NCBI RefSeq assembly: GCF_018350175.1
Contig: NC_058368.1
Location: forward strand, 223,822,001-223,886,000
Length of the DNA stretch: 64,000 bases
Reading direction: 5' to 3'
Source: Felis catus
Taxonomy: Eukaryota
Shown here: piece after piece, positions 25,345 to 37,017 of the stretch
Position numbering within the stretch: position 1 is the stretch's first letter
Layout: each line of letters opens with the position of its first letter
Made by a program: the position numbers and the translations under genes
The notes under the pieces: generated by a model
Database searches by the model: none
What the model saw: the letters and a program-made list of their open reading frames with translations, nothing else
Told to the model about the DNA's origin: nothing

Positions 25345-25531
25345 TTTTTTTTAAATGTTTATTTATTTTTGAGAGAGAGATTGTGAGCCGAGGAGGGCTG
25401 GGGGGTGGGGGTGGGACAGAGGACGTGCACTGACAGCAGAGAGCCCTATGCGGTGCTAGAACTCACGAACCGTGAGATCATGACCTGAACTGAAGTCAGA
25501 CACTTAACCAACTCATCCACCCAGGTGCCCC
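25345..25531 (-). mobile_element. Can-SINE (internally deleted)
   Basis: Antisense SINEC; TSD TGGACTATT. Confidence 0.92.
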
Positions 25532-26735
25532 TGGACTATTTATTTATTTATTTATTTTTAACATAACACTGCTTGAGAATACACCCTTGTCTTAAAAACT
25601 TACTAACATTATCCGAGGTTTCCTTCTATGACCCTTCTTTTGTTTTCTCACCTCCCATCTTCCTTCAAGAGGTCTCATTCTCATGTTTGTGGAACCTATA
25701 CTTTTTTTAAATGAACTCTTCAATGCAGCCGTCATTCTTCACTTCGAGTACTTGTAATATACTTCTTGGACAGCTCTTTAATGACACATTGATATAACTG
25801 GACCACCTCATCCCATCCCTGATAGAGACTGCCTCAGGACGAGATTGGTGAATTTTATAAAGTGGTGCACATTGATAATATTCAGCATTGTATATCCCAA
25901 GTTCAGTTCTTGGGTGTGCCATACAGAACTCTTCGACTTACAAACCACCTGTAGGAGACCCCACTTGCACCATTTCCGGTCCTCTCTTCCTACACAGCTC
26001 TGCGTGCCATCGCTGCAGTTAGGTGCCCTACTCTGTGCTGTGCTTCAGCGTCACATGCGTCCTGTTCCAGGGTTTCTTTTGGCATCGAGGTAAGAACTTG
26101 CTTCGCGTCCACACAGGCACAATCTGAGCCTGTGAGGTCTTATTGCCAGGCAGGATGGAACTTGGATGAATAGGCAATGAGACCCAGAGAACAAATCCCT
26201 CCCCTTTCTCTTCTCCAAGTGAGAGTCCCGAGATGCACTTCATGCAGTTTCATTGGGACTGTGGGACACTGTGAACACTGAAAAGTGCGTCTTTGACCCT
26301 TACACCTTGGAATTAGACATCAGAGGAAAGTGATAGCACACGTGTCATTTATTTTATGTCAGTAGGTAACCTATGCAAAGACAGGATCAGAAATGGTCCT
26401 GGAAAGCAAAGCCTCAGAAAGAGAGCTTGTACCTGAATTACTAACCAACAGAAGGTCAATGAGGGTGTCCATGAAGGAGGTGTGTGGCAATAAACTCTGG
26501 CATTCCCTGCCATTCCATGGCATCACGACTAGTGTGGCTTTTACCTGTGCTTAATTAGGACGGTACAAAGAGGAAAGTGAGCCATTGTGATGTCCATTCA
26601 TGGTGCACTTGACCAGCATGGGAGAAATAAATATAAGGGTGGCAGGCTGGCTTTGACTAGCTTATTGAAAGTCTTGGAGAAAAAGATGATAGGCTAGAAG
26701 CAGCAAAATTCACCTAAATGAGAAAGCCATAAGAT

Positions 26736-27110
26736 CTTTTTTTTAAACACTAAACTCCAGTTAGTTAACATACAGTGTAATATTATTGCCAATATAGTGT
26801 TTCAACCCTTCTATATAACACCCAGTGTTCACTACACTCCTTACTCCCCATCACCTATTTCACCCATTCCGACCCCCCCCCCCCAACCTCCCATCTGGTA
26901 ACCATTAGTTTGTTCTCTATAGCTTAGAGTTGGCTTCTTGGTTTGCCTCTCTTTTTCCGCCTATGATCATTTGTTTTATTTCTTAAATATCACATATGAG
27001 TAAAATCATACAGTATTTGTATCTTTCTGACTGATTTTTTTCACTTAGCATAATACTCTCTAGCTCCATCCATGTCATTGCAAATGGCAAGATTTTATTC
27101 TTTTTTAAGA
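26736..27110 (-). mobile_element. 5'-truncated carnivore L1 3' end
   Basis: ORF 26983..27189 contains the L1 ORF2 C-terminus (KKNKILPFAMTWMELESIMLSE), followed by an L1 3' UTR and T tract; possible TSD TAAGAT. Confidence 0.9.
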
Positions 27111-27749
27111 TACTCCTCGTCTCTAGCCATGAGATGTCTGTGCTGAAAATCAGGCCCAGCTTCAGAATATAAGCATAGTTGACATGCAAAGAAGTTTTAA
27201 CATATCTCTTTTGTCAAAGTCAGGCTACACTGGAAAAGAAACAAGACTCAAACCTGAAATAGGCCTACGGATGACAAGCCTGAGACTCTTAAATTCCAAG
27301 TGTCCCTTGAACAATCAAGACCATTTGAAATACGCATATTTAAATTCAAGGTAATGAAGAATTGTGATCTTTGAGGGATTAAGGTCTAAATATCCCAAAC
27401 AGGAAGTAATCCAGACCAGGCAAATTACCGACCAAGATTTCTTGTAATCTAGAACCTGTGGTGGAGGAGAAAGGAGAAGAGGGATATTAATGAATCACAG
27501 CCTGTCACCAGCCGTAATGATGAAGAATGTAGCTTGCTTAAAGTCTTTCAGTTATTTCATATGGCTACCACCCTTGGCAAGGATACTATGGTGAATTCAA
27601 CTTTCACTTTCACTCTTGTAAAATAATCGTGTGCCTTTTATTCTCATTGAAATGGTATCCAGATACTGTACCGTGGGAGCCTACTATAATAAAGGAAATG
27701 AGTGGATTCTTGTGGCACAGGGACTTGTATCAGACCCCTCCAATACAAC

Positions 27750-27943
27750 ATTTTTAAAACGTTTATTCATTTATTTTGACAGAGAGCATGAGTCACGGAG
27801 AGGCAGAGAGAGAGAGAAAATCCCAAGCAGGCTTCGGACTATCAGCAAGGAGCCCCGTGTGGAACTCACCCCCCACAAACCATGAGATCATGAGCCAAAA
27901 CCAAGAGCCAGATGTCTAAACAACTGAGCTACCCAGGCGCTCC
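27750..27943 (-). mobile_element. Can-SINE
   Basis: Antisense SINEC body; CAACATTT on both flanks. Confidence 0.9.
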
Positions 27944-28619
27944 TCAAACTCAACATTTCCTTTCACTCACCCATCTTGTTCCAGCTGCCCCAATTAGGTT
28001 GTTATGACCTAACTAGCTCTTTCTGGTGCAGCCTGAATACACCTGACCTTATGCCAGTTCAGCATGATTCTCACCTAATTTCCTAGATCTCACTCTTGAT
28101 GCCTGCTACAGGAACCCCTAGGTACCCACTCATATGTTACCTGGGAGGTTAGAGTGGGTAATGACAAGATGATATGGCTTTTACCAATGGAAGGACAGCC
28201 CAATGGATGAATCCTTCTCTCTTCTGATCAGCATTCCTGAGATGTATTTTACCAGACTGCCGTGGTACACGCCTGTGGTTGGGACGATTGTTCACTGACA
28301 GTGGAATCCATTTGGATAAAGTGCTGTTATATTGGGCCACCCTCCTCCTGTCCTTTAGTCCTGTGTTTTTTCCTTCTCATGGTCTCTGAGATCATGATTC
28401 ATGAGGTGACAGCCCCAAAGATGTTTGCCTCAGACTCTACTCTCTGAGAAACTCCAAATAAGATATACTTCAATAAATACAATCAAATACATTGAATTAC
28501 CAAATAATACCTATTTAGTATTAGTGTGTAGAGAATATACTAAGTCTAAATATGTCTGGGTTTTTTTAATATAGTTAAGATTTTGGAAGCATCTCTGCTA
28601 TTTCTGATTTCCTAATATG

Positions 28620-29080
28620 CTGCTCTCTTCTCTGAAGAGGAATTTGAAAATAATTGTCATATAACCCTTCATTGCAATAACTCTGCTTGCAGAAATGTAT
28701 CCAATGGATATACTCTAAGGAGCATAAAAACCATTTTATAATTGTGATTCTCACATCCTGTTGTATGATAGGAGGAAAATATCAGAAACAGATGTATAGA
28801 CTCAAGTTAAATAATTTAAGTAAATTATGATACAGATAAGGGATGAAATATTACACAATAATTGAAATTCACAATCTGGGAGCATATGTAAATATCTGTA
28901 ATATGTTTCCAGGGGAAACTATGTTAAAATCTGGATGTACTGTGTGACTTTCGTTTTGGAAATATATAAAAACATTAATAATAGGTATTTATGATTTTTA
29001 TACAACATTTTATTGTTTTAGAAATGCTTTTTTATGTTTTTAAGTTTTGTAGAATAAAACCATTACTTCTAAATGAGGTA
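28620..29080 (+). mobile_element. Very old L1 (L1ME-like) 3' fragment
   Basis: Weak similarity to L1 3' motifs (GCAATAACTCTGCTTGCAGAAATGTATCC, TAAATTATGATAC..ATGAAATATTACACA). Confidence 0.45.
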
Positions 29081-29094
29081 ACAAATACTTTATC

Positions 29095-29315
29095 GGGGTG
29101 CCTGGATTGCTCAGTTTGTTAAGCAACCAACTATTGATTTCTGCTCAAGTCACGATGTCACGGTTTGTGGGATCAAGCCCATGCTGACAATATAGAGCTT
29201 GCTTGGGATTCTCTCTCTCTCTCCCTTTGCCCCTCCCCAACACACACACATGCATGTGCTCTCTTTCTCTCTCTCTCTCTCTGTCTCTCAAAATAAATAA
29301 ATAAACTTAAAAAAA
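29095..29315 (+). mobile_element. Can-SINE
   Basis: GGGGTGCCTGG head, (CT)n, AATAAA tail. Confidence 0.92.
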
Positions 29316-29449
29316 GATAGGTAAATACCTTATTACCATAAATTGTCTGAATCTTGTATTTATGATATTTTATCTTTGAATACTTCAGTATTTTTCTCAT
29401 AAGTGATTACTTCTTTAAATATTTCACATTAAAGAAATATCTATGTCCT

Positions 29450-29601
29450 TATTTTTTATTTTTCTTTAGAGAGAGACTGTGCAAGTAGTGGAGAGGAGCA
29501 GAGAGAGGCTCAGCACAGAGCTTGATCCCATGACTCTGGGATATGCCCTCAGCAGAAATTAAGAGTCAGAGGCTCACCCAACTGAGCCACCCAGGTGCCC
29601 C
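29450..29601 (-). mobile_element. Can-SINE (shortened)
   Basis: Ends ACTGAGCCACCCAGGTGCCCC. Confidence 0.88.
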
Positions 29602-31427
29602 TGTCCACACCCTTCATTAACCAAGTGGAATCCAAATATTTTTTTTTTATCTTATCCAGTAATGTTTAGAACAGACTGAATCATAGAGTTCCAAAAACAT
29701 TAGTATGTAGTTTAACCAACATTTCCAGAATCCGTTATGGAAGACAAGTGGCATATTATAGGTAAGACTACAACAAGTTGGCATATTCTAGAAAGATATT
29801 CAATGCAAACATTTTTAAAATATAAGGAATAATATCAAGACACTGGTATTACATTTGCACATATATATAATCTTTCACATGGCTGCTATGAGACAATGTT
29901 GCAACCTTTGCAGTAAATTAAATATAGTATTATCCAGGGACAAAAGAGAAAAAGGGAGTTACTCTTTCGATTTGCTGAAATCACATGTATAAAACAATGC
30001 AAACTAGATTTAAGAAGATTACTCACTTAATTTCCATATCTTCCACATGGCCAAGATTATGGCAGGAAGGTTGCCTTGGCACATAGCTGAGTTTCTACTT
30101 TGTAAGGAAATATCTACTTGCCATCAACTACTGAGGATAAAGTCCAGTGATAGAGATAAGGTCAGTTTGCAGAAATTATGATGATTGCATTAAATTGTAC
30201 CTAATAGTGTCTCTCTAGCTCTTCCTCAGCCAGTTAGAAAAACACAATCAACAGCTGCATAGATCTTTGACACCTTATTTTTGGAAACGCCATGGTCAGC
30301 AGCAACTAAACACAGACAGAATATTTCTTGATGCTTCCTGAAGCTCAAGCAATAAGAGAGTTAAGTGACAACCGATCTGAAAACCAGTATTACATGCACA
30401 AATGCCCGATGCAGTTAATATGAAAATATGTATCTTCTGTGTAAAATATCTTCAAGAGACAAACCAGCTGAAGATGTTACCAAATATGTCATTGATGGAC
30501 ATTTCAATACTGCCTACTCGATCAGCCGGATTCTAACAGACTTGAAAAAAGTTCAGCTGCCTGACCAAGGATGCCCATTAAGACTAGTATCATGAAAAAA
30601 AAAAAAAAGAAAAAAAATGTATCCCTGGAGAATATATAACCAGAAGACCAGAAGAGTGAATGTTATAACCTTATTTTTTAGGTGAGATCACAGGTTACAA
30701 TATAACATTCTAACCACTCTGATTAAGTTTAGTTTAGTTAAGAGAGTCATAGTTTGGTTGTAGAGAATTGAGGGTTTTTTTTTAACCCATTTAAAAAAAA
30801 TCGTTCAAATATATTTCTGAAATGGGGCTATGGAGGGGTGCAACACTTTATTTGGGATGTCTAATCATTAGAACAGTCATAAATCCCCAGCAATTATAAA
30901 TAATAATATTAGTAATAAGAAGATCCCAGAATTTAGCTAGGTGATTCTAAGTATTTAAGACTATTAACAATCTTGCTAGATATGTTGACTCTATAAATCT
31001 AGAGTAGGGACTAGGAAACTACCTTTTAACCAGGAAAACAGGTGATTTTTTTTTATACAGCCGACTTAAAGATTTCATAAATAAACTTAGTCCTAAGTTA
31101 TCTTTTTCCATATGGTTTTGTTGGTTTCCAACTGATTATGATTATATTTTTCTCAACCAGATTGAAAATATTGATCTTTATTTTGCATTCCTAGGCTACT
31201 TTTAGGATAATATTTGGAGAGGTGTGGAATGCATTATGCCAATTTATTATTATAACTCATCACCTATGTATTGTACTTATAATTACCCAAAGTATCCATT
31301 TAATGATGTTTTTCTGAAGTAAAGCTGATAGCAATTCTGACAGGTTCGTAAGGCAGAGACCAACCTCATTTTCTATATAAAAATCAAATTATAGAACACT
31401 TAAATAATACGCTTATAACTTCACTGC

Positions 31428-31627
31428 ACTTTTTAAAAATGTTTATTGATTTTTGGGAAAACACAAGGTGGGGAGGGGAAGAGAGAGGAGGACAGAGGAT
31501 CTGAAGCAGGCTCCACACTGACAGGCTGACAGCAGTGAGCCTGATGTGGGGCTCGAACTCACAAACCACGAGATCATGACCTGAGCTGAAGTCAGAGGCT
31601 CAACCGACTGAGCCAACCAGGCGCCCC
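31428..31627 (-). mobile_element. Can-SINE (SINEC_Fc type)
   Basis: Antisense SINEC; TGCACTTTTT on both flanks. Confidence 0.93.
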
Positions 31628-33252
31628 CACTTGCACTTTTTATTACAGAAAAATGTATTGTTAAAACAAAACCATCTTATCTTACTGTGGTTTTATGTAT
31701 TAAGTTATTGGATTCACACAAATCTTGGTTATTGGCTGGCAGAATAAACACCTCCTGAGTGTAGGTGCGATGTCCCTAGCAACCAGAAGTGCATGGTGAA
31801 AATAAAAATGAATAAATAAGTAAACAAATAAAAAGATGGAAAGAATAACAGTAAGAGAACAGAACTTAAAGGAAGGAAGTGCATCTAAATGTATAATGAT
31901 AAAACTAAAATTGTCTTAGGATTTTCCCCCACAAAGGGAAAAATATATTCAGTGCGCCTCATTTGTTTTAGTTATACTTTCTTATCCAAAAGTATTTTCC
32001 TATACTTAAACACCCTTCAATACCTATTTATTTTCCATCGTAATCCATTGTGAAGGACTTTTCCTACCCTACAGTGAATTTGAATTAGTGCCATATGCCG
32101 TTCTAAAAAGCTTGCTTCTATGAAGTATTCGCTACAATAATGGGCACCCTTTTCAATTTGTGTTGCTGCTCTACAGTAGAATTGGAGGCAAACGATATAA
32201 GTGTGATTGTGAACGTGTGTCCATGTATGTGTGTGTGTGCTTTATTGATCTATATCTGTGTCTTCGTGTATGATTAATATTTTACCTGTGTCAAAGATGA
32301 ATTACTAAAGTCACCAATTTATTTTGTCCAAATGGCTCATCACAGTAAAAGGTAATGGAAATGTAGAAATATTTTAATAATCATATTCATAATTTTAGAT
32401 CATGAATTCCAACTCTTTATATATAAAAGAACAGTAGAAAAATATAGGTACGAAGACATGTAAAATTTGCATTCACTGTTCATCTTCTGCAATAATAAAT
32501 TGGATTTTATGGGAATTTTTCAAACATTCTTCGGTGTGTGTGTGTGTAAATTAATTTTCCCATTTGATTGTAAACAGGCAGCATTTTGTTATTCATTTGC
32601 TGCTACATTGTCTCAAATCACCCTGAGTTTTTCCTTCTTTCCTGAAAAAATTTAGCAGATGATCCGCCATAGTAAGAGAAGTTATATTAACCTCATTATG
32701 CTTGTAAACTATTTATGAATCTTGGAAAACATTTACTTAGGGTAGAGAGAATGTCTTTTGGGATTTCATCTTAATGAATTTATATATTGTTTTAATCCAC
32801 ATAATCCAAATGTTTCACAACTTCATGATTCAAAGCTTTTTAAACAACTCCTATGAGTGTTTTTTTTTCCTCAGGAAGAGTATAAATACCTTGCACTGCA
32901 GATATTAAATGTGCATTGCAGTTGAATAAATCTGTTTTATCTGTAGACTGTGTATACCTGTAAATACATTTCTAGTCAAGGACTAAATTAAAGTAATTTG
33001 GAGTGGGTTGGGAAAAAGAAGAGAATTATATAGACTTGCACAATACATGGGTGGTCCATTGAATTAATTTCTATGTTCTCTTCAAAACCCCAGGCTGTCC
33101 TCCCAATACTGATTCAGTGGCTAAGGAATTCGGTATTGCCTTACCTCAATATTGAATTATGTCCTCCTCTCCAAAAACACAGGGTGACTTTTCCTCATTA
33201 GGAGTAAGCAAAGCTGTCAATCCTGAAGAACTGTGACTTAAACAGGAAGATA

Positions 33253-33494
33253 ATTTTTATTTTTATTATTTTTTTTATTTTTATTTTAGAGAGAGTGACA
33301 GAGAGAGCAGGGGAGAGGGGCAGAGGGAGAGAGAGAGAGAAAGATAAAGACAGAGAGAGAGAGAGAGAGAATCTCAAGCAGACTCCATTCTCAGCATGGA
33401 GCCCCACATGGGGATTGATTCCATGACCCTGGAACCGTGGCCTGAGCCAAAATCTAGAGTCTAACACTCAACCGACTGAGCCACTCAGGTGCCC
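33253..33494 (-). mobile_element. Can-SINE
   Basis: Antisense SINEC; GATAATT on both flanks. Confidence 0.92.
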
Positions 33495-33505
33495 TGATAA
33501 TTGTC

Positions 33506-33536
<31 letters not shown>

Positions 33537-33543
33537 TGTTAAA

Positions 33544-33590
33544 GTTTTATTTATTTTGAGAGAGAGAGAGAGCGCAGGTAGAGGAGGGGC

Positions 33591-33639
<49 letters not shown>

Positions 33640-33747
33640 CCCAACCAAGCTCCATGCTGTCAGCGTAGAGCTCAACGTGGGGCATACAAACAGTGAGATC
33701 ATGACCTGAGCCGAAATCAAGAGTCTGACTGAGCTACTCAGGAACCC
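33544..33747 (-). mobile_element. Can-SINE with expanded (GA)n
   Basis: Antisense SINEC with long GA tract. Confidence 0.9.
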
Positions 33748-33780
33748 GATGTTATTTTTAAATGAAAAGATACTTCTCAA

Positions 33781-34420
33781 TGCAACCCTGAAAGACAATT
33801 TTCGACTCCAAATGGGACTTTTGAGTTTACTGCTTGGTGACTTACCTATGGTGGCTACATCAGGTGGAGTGATCGCAGAAAGTAATCGTTATTTGCAGCA
33901 AATGAGGAGATCATGGGGAAATGTTTTCCAAAGCCATGGCTCCTGAGCAGGGAGGAGCAGGTCCTTTTGATTAGAGTTTAGGATGAGTATTTGGAAAGGG
34001 GAACTTTGTCATCACATATAAAGGTGGGCATAAGGCTATGTAGAACTTATTTAGAAAACATGCGTATAGGAGCTTCCTATGTTATGTTAATAACATAAAA
34101 TAAAGCTTCTGTTCCTCCTAGAGGGAGACTTTCACATCATACTGAAGCAGAGGTGACTGTCAGAGACTTCTTCACTCAAATGTGCAGGCTTGGTGCCAGG
34201 GCTCAAGCTGATTTAGGCTGGTTTAGGCTGGTTTAGGCTGGCAAGCTCTTGGTCTGCCAGTAGGTAGTCTAGGGCTACTCTGTGGTCTAAGGCCCTTTGG
34301 ATCAAACAATGTAGGACCTTGCTTGTTCATAAGCTAGAGCCATATCAGTTGACCTTCGGTCCAGGCTGGGGTACACACAGCTTGTGTATTTGTTAGTGGA
34401 ACCTGAAAAGAAACAAGAGC
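33781..34420 (-). mobile_element. Probable ERV1-type LTR/env remnant
   Basis: TTATTTGCAGCAAATGAGGAGATCATGGGGAAATGTTTTCCAAAGC resembles antisense laurasiatherian LTRs; minus strand encodes ALDHRVALDYLLADQ (34249-34293). Confidence 0.55.
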
Positions 34421-34731
34421 TGATTAGGGAGAAGCAGTTGTCTGAAAAACGACCTTTACGTTTTCTGTATTTTTACCTTCATTAACTGCATCAAGCATGG
34501 TTTCAGTGCCTCAGCTCTAACAGTATCTTTGTTTATGTTTTATTGTTACTAATAAAATAGAAATTTGCTGGTACAAAGGAGCCATAGTGATATAGTCAAT
34601 GGATTATTTTTCCAATGGCTAAAGAGCTGGTAAAGTGAGCTTTGTAAAAATATTAGGTAAAAGGTAAATTCCTGTATTGGCTGCTGTCTTATACTGTGAA
34701 GTTAAATGCTGACTTAAAATATGGAGACGTA

Positions 34732-34965
34732 GGGGCGCCTGGGTGGCTCGGTTGGTTAAGCGTTCGACTTCGGCTCAGGTCATGATCTCGTGGTCCATGA
34801 GTTCGAGCCCCGCATCGGGCTCTGTGCTGACAGCTCAGAGCCTGGAGCCTGTTTCGGATTCTGTGTCTCCCTCTCTCTCTGCCCCTCCCCTGTTCATGCT
34901 CTGTCTCTCTCTGTCTCAAAAATAAATAAACGTTAAAAAAATTTTTTTAAATAAATAAATAAAAT
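34732..34965 (+). mobile_element. Young Can-SINE (SINEC_Fc)
   Basis: Near-consensus; TSD AAAATATGGAGA(C/T)GTA. Confidence 0.97.
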
Positions 34966-36813
34966 AAAATATGGAGATGTAGAATGGTGTTTTCCCTCCT
35001 CTGTGTCTCTGACAGCTAGTAAGGTAAAATTAATATAAAATGCAGGTAGAATAACATAGAGATTTCAATTAACTGATGTGCAATATGGAAGGAGGATGAT
35101 ATGATTTAATATTTTTCTATCCCAATCTGCATGGAACATACTATATATATTTAAGACAAGAAAAGGGAAGGGGATAATCACCAAGAAGAAAATGTAACAA
35201 AAATCTTCAGTTTTGAGAGACCAAAAACATTAAGGCAGATAGTTCTTTATTATTTTTCCAAATTGTAGAATCCTTCAAAAACGTGCAAAAGTTTATTTAA
35301 TGTCCTGTCTGTTGCATTCTTCTGAATTATCTCTGCTTTTGACTGTCTTTAAGCTTTTTTAGAAATATGAATATAAAACTGAGTAATAAAAATGATTCTA
35401 GTCCGAAATGCAAATCATGGCTAATGGTATACAATGGACAATTGCCCTGTGAATACTGACACATTTTGCATTAATTTGTAAATTTATTTTAATGCCAGTA
35501 ATGACATGTGTGTGTGTGTGTGTGTGTGTTGAAATTGTCTTTGAACCAGTTGTAATATCTTCCTGGTTCCTTCATTAATTAGTAAATAAAATATTTGACA
35601 TTTATCCAACTTATATAAAAATTATTTTACTTTACCTTTAACAAATATCATAGACCACATAGACATTGCAAAATAATCTTTATTATGAGAAAACCACAGA
35701 AGGATATGCTGAATGAGTTAGAAGAGTATAGAGATAAATTAAATAATATCAAAAAACAATAGTGATATAAACTGCATTAGAAGTATACAGATTTGAATCA
35801 ATAACACTGAAGTCATAGTGACATGGAGAATACCTTAAGAAAATAATGATGCAGAACAGGAGGAAAACCTTAAATACAGTGAGTAAATGAGATATCTGGA
35901 GTGGAGAAATTTCTATAAAAGAGAGATATTGTTGAACTTTAGAACAGGATTAAATAAATAAGCCAACAATGTTTAAAGAATATAAATAATAAAAAGAAAG
36001 TTTTCTGGCCTCCAGAAACAGAAATCACATCTCTTGTATGGGGAAAAAAAATCAGAGACCTGAGTTTTCACTGAAAAAAAAAAAAAACAACAACAACAAA
36101 AACTTCAAGACAGTAGAAGAAAAGTTGAGAGATATAAAATATGAAGAAATTTACAAATTTCAGAAGAAAAGTATAACAGTTTCCCCAATGCAACTAGCGA
36201 TTTGAGGACACCACACGGATAATAGAGGTGTCAGCCCAAAAGAAAGGAAGAAGATAACTAAACACACTAACTCACTGACAGACGACTGAATATACCAGCC
36301 AACACCTGAGTGGTATCAGTATCTGTGAAGAAGACAGCAGACCCACCAACGGGCCACATATACACGTGTGACTGGGAAACAGGCCGCATATGCACCCCAG
36401 GAAAGCTAAGGGGTACCCACAGGCAAGTGGGGGCGATCAATTTAACAGGAGCAGCTGATAGGGTGAGGGTGTTTGCATACTCCAGTCCCTGGATGTGGAC
36501 AAAGGAAACTGGGGGACTGTAGCAAATCTGTCAGCTCAGTTCACTTTTCAGTGCTGAAAAGACAGAAAATAAAGTTCAACATGAGCAGGACAGGGGCCAG
36601 AAAGGTAAAAAACAACAACAACAACAAAAACAAAAAACAAACCAAAAAAAACCCTCTCAGATAAAAACGAAGGAGAGAAAGAAAAGAGGGGCTTTCATGG
36701 TGCACTGAGCTGTACTTTTGAGCATTGCTGAACCCGACAGAAGCAGCTCTGGGATCATGGAATTGAAAGTCTATCCACTTCCTCCCATCACACACTTTAA
36801 AATTTGGGAACAT

Positions 36814-37017
36814 GGGGGCGCTGAGTAAGTAGTTCAGTGGGTTAAGCCTCCCACTTCAGCTCAAGTCACGATCTCTGGATCCGTGGGGCTCAGGCTCTGT
36901 GCTGACAGCTCAGAGCCTGGAGCTCACTTCAGATTCTGCCTCTCCCTCTCTCTCTGCCCCCCCCCCCCCCGCTCGCATTCTATCTCTCTCTCAAAAATAA
37001 ACATTATTTTTTTTTTA
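36814..37017 (+). mobile_element. Can-SINE
   Basis: SINEC body; degenerate TSD AATTTGGGAACATG/AATTTAGGAACGTG. Confidence 0.9.

Noticed and set aside
25700..26250. Unique, CpG-retaining segment with GAG|GTAAG donor at ~26089 as an exon
   Set aside because: No convincing acceptor or recognisable peptide in any frame.
34689..34925. Recurrent 'AQVMIS..SSSPASGSVLTAQSLEP' ORFs (also at 6279, 47138, 55348, 56089)
   Set aside because: These are Can-SINE translations, not a gene family. The SINE heads are tRNA-derived but are not tRNA genes.
35640..36800. Purine-rich segment as an L1/HAL1 5' remnant
   Set aside because: Plausible from composition, but I could not match specific motifs, so it is not listed as a feature.
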